A stretch of DNA of 64,000 nt from Amphiscolops sp. MND2022 (taxonomy: Eukaryota), in assembly GCA_964187785.1 (NCBI GenBank), contig OZ076409.1:92506001-92570000 (forward strand), in the 5' to 3' direction. Below are positions 38,378 through 49,254 of this stretch, one piece after another. The translations under genes were made by a program, and so were the position numbers. How positions within the stretch are numbered: position 1 is the stretch's first letter; every line of letters begins with the position of its first letter. The notes under the pieces were generated by a model. It was given only the letters and a program-made list of their open reading frames with translations. It ran no database searches and had not been told where the DNA came from.

Positions 38378-40473
38378 TGTCACGACCCGCTCCCGGTCGG
38401 GATTATTCTTGCTGCAGTGGCGTGCAGGGATTCAAAAGGGGGAGAGGGCACGGAAGGCCTAAGCAAAGCTAAGTAAAATACTGAACTTACCTTGTCTAAA
38501 CTACAGCACGAACTAAGGATTAACGGAAGCGCAACGTGAAATATCCAAAAATGATCTTGAGCAAAATAGGATTTCCGATTTAAAGTTTTCACATGTAATC
38601 ACTTTACTACATCCGGTTTTGTTTCTGAAAAATCCATGACAATCTAAATACTAAAAAGAAACATTCATAACACTGGGATCAATTTTTGTCCTCTCCACAC
38701 TGAAATGAAAACATTAGTTAATTCCGTGGTCCCAACGGAATGCATGCGATCTAAAATAAGGAAAATACAGAGAGAATTTAATAGACTTGTTTCCAAAGTC
38801 TGAAGTAGTTGTTAAAAGCCACTCAAATTACAGTCAAGTAATTTGAATAAACCTTTACAACGCTATGGCAACGTCAATCAGATAAACAAGTTGCTGGTAT
38901 TCCTAATTTAACGAACCAATAGCGTCGCTGCTAAGGACGGCATGTTTGCGCTCGAGCTAGTAAGAACCATTTTAATGACGTCATTAAGAATGAATTTAAA
39001 GATGGCGAATTGCTCCGCTCTAGCTTCGCTAGCTGCTAAGCTAATCTTAATACGTACGTAGCATCTACGGGACGAATTGTAAGCTAAGGAAAATATAGCT
39101 AATCTTAATACGTACGTGACACCTACGGGAAAGATTGTAACTTGGCAAAACTATACTTAATGTTAATACATGCAAAATAACTGTGGAAAAATCTGAGACT
39201 TAGGGACTAATGCAGTATATCAGGACATTCCTTGGAGCACGTAGAATTTTGTTAGGATAACCAAAATATTGTAGGATTCAATTATTTCCTCCCGATTTTC
39301 TCTGTTCTTTAAGCAATCTAAACGTTCGTGCTGTAGGACCAAGGCAAAAGTGAATTTCTTAATGGAAGGTGCTTTTCTTACTTTTAAGAAAATGATTTAC
39401 GTACTCAGTACGTCTTAAAATGTTGTTGCTTTCCATGTTGTTTGTTATTTTGTAACCATGTTTGCTAGTATCATGTAAAAATCACGCAGATTTATCGTTG
39501 CCAATTTCTGGTTTATAATAACCAAATTTCAGTTTGTATTTGTCACTTTCTCGGTATCATTTGTTCCTTATCAAACATTTAATTTCAGTAATCCAAAAAC
39601 TTCACCGAAATATTTCCGTGACGAATTTCGCTTGTCACTCTTTTGCTGCAAGTTGAAAATTTTGCCGCTCATAAGATGAATCATTGTTCATGCCCGCGTG
39701 CCTTTCGTGATGGAAGTTTAACTAGACATTTATTTTGCCACTCTTTCGAGATTAAACCGGAAATGAGGATGGTGAACAAAAATGAATTCAACAAGTACTC
39801 CGCGAAAGGGACGTGACTAGGAATTTTAAATTATGAACAACTAGTTAAAGGGTTGAAATGATAAGGATGACTAAGTAATTTCTATGAACAAAATGGATTT
39901 TTAGGATTCCTAGGAATTTTTAGGTGAGGAACAAATGATGCTGAGAAGGTATATATAGTTGTAGATACTTTGAAAAATTTAATCAATCTTTTGTTTCCCA
40001 ATTAATCAATTTGTTCTGTTGATACAATAAAACTCGCTTCTTCGACGAATTAACACATTTCCGAAGACTTCTCTATCATAAACTTCCAAAGATGACTACT
40101 AGAAGCCAGAAAAGGAAAGCAGTTGAAGAATTAGTCTCTACTGAAATCGAAACACCAGTACCAGAAATTAGTCTGAGCGAGAATCCCGTAGCGGGAACAA
40201 GCAAATCTCCCAGAGTCATTTCTGAAAACTTAGAAAATATTAAATCGGCTCTGAGAAAAGAGATAATGACTGATCTTACTAAAATCTTAGCCGAGAACCA
40301 GAAGGAAATGCTAAAACTGATAGCTCCAGTAACTAAAAAACAAACCCTAGTTAGAGCTTCTGAAGAAACTGATTCTGATCCCGAGAACATCCCGGAAAAT
40401 GCAACATCAACACCTATAAAAACCAAATCCACTGCGACTACTAATAAGATTACCCCGGTAAATAGTCGTAACA
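38378..40473 (+). repeat. 5' LTR of element B
   Basis: Direct repeat of 49160-51255; CCAAT 38916, CRE palindrome 38972-38987, ~58-bp repeats 39039-39190, TATA ~39950, AATAAA 40026. Confidence 0.97.
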
Positions 40474-40673
40474 TGGTGACAGGAGTCCTCAATGACTCAA
40501 CGAACCTCGGAAAGAAGAAAACACGACCGCATCGCCCACAAAGCTTGCCACCCAACGAACGTCCTTCGACATCACGACTACTCTTCGCTCCCCAACCGGA
40601 AATACACCAGCCGCCCCACCTACCCCCAATGCCCAAAGCACTCACTGCATCATTGCCTGTATTCGATGGCTAG
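40092..40673 (+). pseudogene. gag: gag N-terminus of element B, starting inside the LTR and truncated by a deletion
   Basis: 193-aa ORF crosses the LTR/PBS junction and ends at LPVFDG, matching MTFDGKSEKF in element C gag; RT sequence follows immediately. Confidence 0.8.
40474..40486 (+). promoter_or_regulatory. Primer binding site, tRNA-Leu-like
   Basis: TGGTGACAGGAGT directly after the LTR; one mismatch from the recalled tRNA-Leu complement TGGTGTCAGGAGT. Confidence 0.6.
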
Positions 40674-43654
40674 CCCAAGGCCTTAGTAGAGCCTTGTCAG
40701 CCTTTTCGAGCTTCATGCAGGAATACCTCGACACCGTCATCAAAGCAGACCAGTGTGCCCAATATGTGGACGACATCGGAATCGCCGCCAACACAACGGA
40801 ACAACTCATCAAGAACATCAGAGCAGTCTTCAAATGCATCCGCAAGGCAGGACTAAAACTCACAATTGAAAAATGCCACTTTGGTGTCACCCAAATCGAA
40901 TTCCTAGGAAGAACCATCACACCCCACGGAGTAGCACCGCAAGAACACAAAATCACCAACTTCCTATCAAAAATCAGATTTCCCCGGTCAAAGAAACAAG
41001 TCCAGAAATACATTGGATTCATCAATTACTACAGAAACTAAATACCAAGACTGTCCGAAAAAATGATTGGAATGTATGAACTCCTAAAAGCAGATGCCAA
41101 AATCACCATATCAGAAGAATTAGTCGACAACTTCAAAGCCATCAACGCAAGCCTAGCGGAAGCATGTGGATTAGCCCTCAGACAACCAGTTGCGGGAAAA
41201 CAATACGTACTAATGACGGACGCAAGCTTCCGGGCATCAGGTTACGCCCTCATGATAGAAGAAAATGACGATAAAAAGCTACTCTCCAAACGGAAAACTT
41301 TCGCACCGGTCGCTTTTGGCTCCCGCGTATTCTCGCCGTCACAACTGAAGATGTCGATATACTGCAAAGAATTCCTCGCAATATATCATGCATTCCTCGA
41401 ATATAGTCACATTCTCTGGGAAACAACACTACCTACACTAGTACTGACAGACAACAGATCAGTAACAAGATTTTTCCAGACGAAAACAACGCCACCCGCT
41501 CTCTGGAATGCCTGTGACTACGTACTCCAGTTCAAATTCCGCATCATGCACGTAGCGGGCTCGCAAAATACAGCAGCCGACTTCCTGTCTCGACTCGAAT
41601 TAACCCCAAAAGAGAGAATCCAACTCAAATTGCGAGACGACATCATAACGGCACCAATCGAGGTTAACCTACAGTCTACAGATGTTGCAGACGAAGAACA
41701 ACTCTTTTTCCTGCCAGACGAAGAAGAGGAATCAGAACAAGAAATTTTCGCCAGGAAAGCCCTTAGCAAACAACGAGCAATCGACGAAAAGGAACAACAA
41801 AACTTGACAACGGAAGTCACAGAAACAGTGCACATACCTCTCAACTCAGCAGTATACGCCTTTGGAGCCATCAAGGAAAACGCCCGCATCCGCAACGAGC
41901 AGGACGCGGACCCAATATTGAAAGCATTGAAACTACGGCTGCTTCACGAAGAATACGACAAACACCTTCTCAAGACCGAACCCAGAGGACGAAACCTACT
42001 ACGTCACGAAGAAAGAATAATAGTCAAAGACGGAGTACTCATGCGTAAATACTACGGAGAAGATGGCACAGTAACACATCACCAAATCCTCATACCAAAA
42101 CATATAGTACCAGAACTCCTATCGACGCTACATGGAAAAATGAACAAACACCCAGGAATAACCAAAATGATTCAGGAAAGCCGAGCAAAGTACTACTATC
42201 CGGGACTAGCGCGGAAAATTAGAGCCTGGGTAATCAACTGCCCAGATTGCATAGCCAACAAACGAATCGACACGCGCCAAATACGTCCTAAAATGCTGAG
42301 TAACACAGAATTCACATTCGGACCAGAAGATTGTCTAGAAGTCGATATACTACCAAATCTACCCTCATCAAACGGCTACAAACACATCATAACCATGATG
42401 GACGTTTTCTCCCGTTATTTATTCGCATACCCCACTCAAGACATGACAGCCAGAACAGTCGGACGATGCATAATTGACGTTATGACGCGTCATTGTTATC
42501 TGCCTACAGTGATTCTGACTGATAAAGGATCACAATTCCGATCAGATGTCGTGAACCAAATAGCACAAACACTGAACATACGGATTAGCCACGCGTCAAC
42601 AAAGCATGCACAAACAATCGGCATACTCGAAAGAACGCATGCATCTCTAAAGACTTCCCTCAAGATATCAACGGGAGAACGCCGTTCAATGTGGCACAAA
42701 TACGTACAAATTGCAGTAATGAACTACAACACCAGTTACCACGAAAGCCTAGGATGCGAACCGACAACCGTATTTCACGGACGCATTCCGTACAACATTC
42801 TGGATATCAAGCTGGGACTCAAGCCAGAATGGAAAAAAGATGCTAACGAAGACCTAACGGACGAATTACAAAAGCAAATCGCTGAAATCCACCAGTCAGC
42901 CAAGGACAACCTCATGCAATCATATTTGAAGTATAAGCGATATTATGATAAAAAAGCGACAGCAACGCCATTGAAAATCAATGACTATTGCTACGTCCTG
43001 AACCCGAAGGCTGATAACCAGTCAATGAAATTCGCTTTCAAAGATTGCATTTGGACAGGACCATATATAGTGGTCAAAGTCCTTTCCAATAACAATTACG
43101 TCGTAAGACGGACAGGAACTAGATATACGCAAACCCTCCATAGAATTCGCCTAAGGCTATACGCGCCCAATCAGCGAGTACCTGACGTAACAGTCAAAGT
43201 GGAAGATCAGCTTCCAGATCCCGAGGTTAAAACAACCCACGATGATTGGTACGCGCAAGCTTGGGAAACCGAATTCGGAGAAGTTCTGTTCGGAACCCCA
43301 ACGGAAAACGACAATGAAGAAGCTACTATCACGGAAGTACAAACTGAAGACGGAGATACAACGGACCATGAAACAGTTACAACAACTGCAGATGAGAATA
43401 CAATGATGGATAAAACATCTTCCGGAGACAACACGTCATTCAACTTAGACGTCAGTGATAACCCTTTCATAATGACCCCGCCGCCTACAGAAAGTCCCCC
43501 AATACCGCCTACATTGCCGCCTATAGTTGTCGGATACAATCCTAGAAAAACGGGAAGATATAACCTACGACCTAATCCTAGACCTAATGCACATCCTGAT
43601 TTTCGGATGCTCGACGCTATCACTACGGAAGACAGCTCCCAAATTCAAAACTAA
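40670..43654 (+). pseudogene. pol: pol of element B: C-terminal RT, RNase H, integrase; one in-frame stop at 41039-41041
   Basis: LAQGLSR, YVDD, IEFLG; TDAS, CKEFLAI, TDN, ADFLSR; H..H/CPDC, DVFSRY, TDKGSQF, ILER; WTGPY C-terminal domain. Confidence 0.93.
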
Positions 43655-43847
43655 ATAAAAACAATCGATGAACCAAACCGAACCGGAGTGGCAACGGTAA
43701 ATTTTCAACTCATAACTAAGCTACGCAAGACAATTGGACAACCAAGGTGCCCCGAAAGAATAAATCAAAGCATCACACAAGGCAGAGCCAAATAAATAAA
43801 TAAAGCATCAAGAAACAACTCAACATCAAATCAACGATATCATAGCA

Positions 43848-46800
43848 TTATCTGTCTGATGGCTTTCCCAGTTTGTGAACGACGTCTGGATCATAGATAT
43901 CACCTTTTTTGTTCTTCTTAGACCCCTTTGAACCACTAGCCCTGCTCTGTTTTGATGAAGCTGCTCCACTTCCTTTATCGCTACCTTTAACAGCCGGACG
44001 AACAACGGGCACATCCGCCTTCACAAATTTTGTAACCAATGGCTTATTGGTCGACTTCCTTGAACTAGCAGCAGAACTCGCCACACTTCCAACCTCAGTT
44101 GAACTGGAACACTGTCTTTCGCGAGCACTTCGATTCGCTTTGTTCGACTCCACATAAAATGCCTCGCACTCCTTCCGTCGCTCCAAGACATGACGACAAT
44201 ACAGCGATTCATAATGTTTAATGAACGCATCCATATCGCCCACGCAGAAATCCCTCCACACGTCAAAGTCAGTAACCCTGAAGAAGTCGCCAGCATTCAG
44301 AAGGGCATCACGGATAGCGGACAGGAGTGAACCAGAAAAGAATAACCGAGCATTAAAACTAGGCCCGATAATATGGGATTGCACCATCAAAATGCACTCT
44401 TGCAGAACAGACGACTTCAGCGCGCTACCACCCAAATCTATCGTCACAGCAGGAGGGTCACTCTTCGGCAATCCAACGAAAAGGCAACATAACTTGAATA
44501 GCCGAAATACGTGGACTCGGGACTGAAATGCAAAATCCCGCAACAGGAAACTAATGACATCATCAATGTCACTCGCAGCACACGTAGCATCCTCGTGATG
44601 TCGTCGTTTCTCAATGACATAACTTTTAAACTCAGCAGAAGCAGCATTCAAATCGTCCGGTGTCATAACGCGACAAGATCTCAACAAATCACAGAGGGAA
44701 CCAAACAATTCGAATATGTGAAGATCATCGCCCTCCAACATAATTTCGGGACAGAAGCTGTAGAGTCCGCGAGAAATACCAGAAGTAACAGCAGTGCTTG
44801 ACACAATTAGTGAGACAACACGATCGATACATTCACGACACTTCACCCGAAAATCTTGCACGTCGCCCGTCTTGATTGCAGACAACCCTCGCCCAAACTC
44901 ACTATCCATTAAGAATTCGCTCATAGAAATCTCATCGAATCCAGAGAGTTTCGAAACATCCATATAACTCTCCCACTCATGTATCCCAGGCAAACTGGAC
45001 AACTTGCGAGTCCGCATCAGGAGGCAATAAACGAAGTTACAGACCTCGCCGTAACCATGGAAGGCGTAATCTTTACGGCCTTGACGAAGCTTCTCAAAGT
45101 TGAAGTAATCTAAAACGAAACACGCTCGTCAACAAACACACATCTTGCCTCCAGGACACAGCAATCAACAGAAATTGAACGCAATAGCACCAACACAATA
45201 AAGAAAGCCAATCAACAAAAGACAACAGCCAATTGAAAGACCATACTCCTAACGAAACGTCTTCGTACTTACAGGAATCCAACAGCAGCCGAAGGAAGCC
45301 AAAGCGATGCACAATGAGACTGTCGGAGACCAACTCGAAGTCCGTACCACGCAACTGAAATAAATAACACACCATCAATATCAAATAGCAAAAAGGGGAA
45401 GACAAGCAACTATAACTGAGAAAAAAAACACGGAAACACGAAGATCGAACGGAAAAACAACCAAGAAAATTACAATATAACAGCACTCACCCGATCAACA
45501 GTACTCTTGAAATGCGGATGTCCCGTGTACCGAATGAAGGGACGTATGGAAGGCCACAGCTCAATCAGATCACTTAAGATCTCCCGCAAGTCGCAAAAGG
45601 CCACGGAACCCGCACGTATGGTTGCACGCAGAAGAGGCTTGTCCTCGCTCCAGTCTTCATACAGAGCCCCTTTCAACCGATGGATTATATACTCCACTGC
45701 TGTTGTTATCTCAATCATTCCGAAAATATCCTGGTGAGCTTGGCGAAAGCACTGCAAAAACACCTCTTCATCAAAGGATTGCCAAGACACAAAGCGACGA
45801 TCATCAGTTCTCCCTGCGTCCAGCACCCGAAGCAGCGAAGGACTGGCACCACAAATAGATACGGGCATCTGTTGCCCCTCCAAGCAGTTCACAACTCGGG
45901 CCAACGGAAGCAATTCGGGGGCAGGCATCCTTTGGTCGAGAGTCTCATTGCCCACCCAAATCTTTTTCAAAACAAGCCCGTCCCAGCACAGAACATAGCA
46001 CCGTTCGACATGACCAGACTTCTCAAATTGCACCCCGTACTCCTTAAAGGCCTTGATGTCGCTAATCATCAGCCGAAGAACCCGAGGGGCCAGCCCTTGA
46101 CAGAGAAACGACTAAAATACGTACAACAGACCTCACTCCCAAATTACTGGAAATCATCATCCCTCCCCCACACGAACAAACTACGAAATTAAACTGGCAT
46201 AAAAAGAAGGAAAGAAACGAAAAAGAAGAGAGAAAACAACAGACTAACCACAGTCTCCGAACGGCTCCAACGCAAAGGAAAACACGGCTCCCGTTCGCCC
46301 AAAGTCGCACAAAAATGGCCCCACAGACGACGCAGATAGTCGAAGTCGCCACCATTACGAAGAAACTCGCAAAAGCAGGAAACCAAGGTCATGAAGGGCA
46401 CATTTGAGTCAGGCTTAGAGTGTTTGGGAACCAAGTCTTCTGGAAATGGGTACTCTTCACCCAGGTCACAAAAGGGCCGTGACTTATAATCCGCCAGCTG
46501 TCTCTCTGACAATTCCATTGGTTCCATCAATCGGTTCAAAACCTGCAACCCCATGTGGACGCGATAAGTTACGTCCTTGAACCAATGGGCATCTGATTGG
46601 AAATGCCTCCTGAACTCGCCAACGCCCTGGGACCTCATGGCTACATCACGTTGACAGACTCGACAATTGAAGTGGGTTCCCACACCCTTTTTGGAGCCCG
46701 TCACAAAGTCAGGGAAGGCAGGATGACGACTCAACATCCGACGATGAAGTATGTTGCGACTACCATACGTCTTCACCACTTTCTTCGTCAATTTTTTCTC

Positions 46801-47975
46801 GACCCTTCCGCTGAACTCCTGCAACTCTGTAAAACAAATACAAAAATATACGCACAGATGAAACCCAAACTCCGAACCACACAACTGCCCGCAACAGCGT
46901 AGCCACCGAACACACACCGTTCAACCGAAAACCAAAAATACTAACCATTCTGGATAGCCAAACTGGTACCCTCCTTCACTTCTTCCACTAGTCGTTGACC
47001 AAGGCGAACAACGTCCTGAGGACTTAACATCACCCCACCAGAGCGATACAGCTGCTCCTCATCGTTACCTGAAACAACAACGGATGTTTAATGACAACTT
47101 AGAGAGAATATCACCCCACCCGAAAAGTTCCTGACAAAATACGACAAACTATCCCTTTTTTTTCTTCCTCTTCCTTCTTCCAGCACCACAGAGGCAAACC
47201 AAACAACAAATGCGAAAAACAACACACTAACAAAGCCAATTACCAGCAGCATTCATCAATGGTGGAGGAGACGGTGGCAATAACACAACCTTCTTCCCAC
47301 GTTTTGAAGGCGTAACGTCACCAGCAGAAGCGTCAGCCGAATTATCTCCGCGCAGAACTATAATATCAAATATACTCTGGTGCTACCACTTACATGACGT
47401 AAACATGACGCCAAAAGCAAACCTCACCAACCCGTTTTCCTCTTGCTGGGGGATCTGTCTCACCTCCTTGAGACTCACTACCGCTGCTAGTAGCGACAAC
47501 AAGGCGAGTAACAGGACTACTAGTCTCGGGAAGAGTATTGGCAACTTGAGGAGAAACCTCAGAGCAAGAAGCGACAACCCCGGAAGCACACAATACACTG
47601 GTCAACGCATCATTGACGCTGCAAGTAGACTTGGGCGGCAGAATAGTTGAAACCGACGGCAAAACATTAGCAACAGTGGAAGATACTGCCGTAGCAGGCA
47701 CGGAAACAGTCACTGCCGGGATGCCAGGTTGAGCTACTGAAAATCAAGATCTGGTTTGACGCGTCAGGGTTACGGGTAAAGACTACAAAAGGCTGATCAC
47801 CAAAAGAATAGTCAAAATACCCATGAAAGTCAGAAAGATTTTACCAACCTGAAGAAGTAATAGCAGCATCTACATCTGAGAAAACCAGATCATCATCGGT
47901 ATAGCAGAAATTTGTCTCATTTCCACTCACAGTACCAGCGACTGCACCAGATGAAGGAACAACAGCGTCGTCCAT
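43848..47975 (-). CDS. Predicted 8-exon antisense accessory gene in element B (1071 aa; BED-like zinc finger; hAT-transposase-like)
   Basis: Exons 47975-47849, 47736-47428, 47357-47244, 47068-46946, 46826-46249, 46111-45491, 45354-45273, 45109-43848; all 7 introns GT-AG and phase-compatible; 3216 nt with no internal stop; CRVC-x16-H-x5-H motif. Confidence 0.85.
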
Positions 47976-48289
47976 AACTCGGAAGATTACAGAAGTCTTC
48001 AAGAGAATCTGAAAAAGAAGAAAACAAATAATCAAAGAAAAGAAAAGGAGAAAAACTACGTCGTGCTCCCGTAAAATTTTGGAAAAGAAAAAATAACAAC
48101 ATCATCCCTGTGTGACTAAAGAAATGTACATATTTTAACTTCAGTAAAAGCCCATTGCGGCACCGACGGGACAAAACGTTCCCACGAAAAATGCTACTGA
48201 AGAATCAAAATTCACCAGGAAGTTCTGAAGAAAAAGCTTAACAAATTAAAATTTACGAAAGATAGACGTTATTCTACCTAAAAGAAACG

Positions 48290-48440
48290 AATGACGTCAT
48301 TGAACCGATGACCGAAAAGGAAACAGATATTAAATTAGAAGAGTTTTCCTAAAGCTACAACCAATCGCAGCGCAAGCGGAGAGGAAACGTCTCACCGAAT
48401 TAGGTCGGACCGAAACGAAAACAAAAAATCAACCAATAGG
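48290..48440. promoter_or_regulatory. Candidate internal bidirectional promoter
   Basis: AATGACGTCATT palindrome (48290-48301) and CCAAT boxes (48361, 48433) between two divergent ORFs. Confidence 0.45.
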
Positions 48441-48543
48441 ATTGCAGCACGAGGCACGAAAAGAAGATCACCAAACGGTCATTTGTCGTATAACTTTACA
48501 AAGAACAGCTTGTTCAGCTAAAAATCTCTACCAAACTATCGAA

Positions 48544-49254
48544 ATGGAAAGTTTTCATCAACGAAGCATCATCGACATTTCGTCTGATGAAGAAGCCACT
48601 CCGTTGCAGCAGAGTACTCCAATCAAGTACTACCCTTTAAACGTAGTACAAGCCCTCAATCTGAGCGAGGAACCAACGACGGCTAAAATGGGAAGCGAAT
48701 CCAGCATGGACATAACAGCGTCGACATTTGAGTCCGGCCCCTCCCCGTATAAAAGAATCACTTTCTCAGCCACACGTGACGAAGAAAGAGAAGAATTCTC
48801 TGTGGAAAGGCCGCCGATAACAAACTCTGAATCAAGTTTTTATGAAGAACTCGAGTCGTCTGATGAAATGCCCCGCCTAACTCCCGCACCCACTCTGAGA
48901 GAGGTGACGAATACGTCCCAGGAAGATTACGTTCCCCCTCCGAAGACGACTAAGCTAAATGATTTAGAAGAACCATCTGAAAATGAATTGGAAGACATCT
49001 GGGGTTTGAAGCCTAACGAGGACGACTTCTACTCGCTAGCTGGACGCGGTAGCAGCTTTACATCGAAAAAACTACAAAGGAACATCAGACAACCCGTGAC
49101 GGTAGTGAAAGAAATTCCTCACTGCTCTGGTCTGCCAGCTTTTCGCGCCAGAGGGGCCCTGTCACGACCCGCTCCCGGTCGGGATTATTCTTGCTGCAGT
49201 GGCGTGCAGGGATTCAAAAGGGGGAGAGGGCACGGAAGGCCTAAGCAAAGCTAA
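48544..49254 (+). CDS. Acidic Ser/Thr/Glu-rich accessory ORF (236 aa from ATG), extending into the 3' LTR
   Basis: Frame open 48442-49254; IIDISSDEE motif, several S/T-P sites; crosses the LTR start at 49160. Confidence 0.55.
   Translation: MESFHQRSIIDISSDEEATPLQQSTPIKYYPLNVVQALNLSEEPTTAKMGSESSMDITASTFESGPSPYKRITFSATRDEEREEFSVERPPITNSESSFYEELESSDEMPRLTPAPTLREVTNTSQEDYVPPPKTTKLNDLEEPSENELEDIWGLKPNEDDFYSLAGRGSSFTSKKLQRNIRQPVTVVKEIPHCSGLPAFRARGALSRPAPGRDYSCCSGVQGFKRGRGHGRPKQS

Noticed and set aside
43848..49254. env gene in element B
   Set aside because: No sense-strand ORF with signal peptide, furin site and TM anchor; the major frame is antisense and looks nuclear
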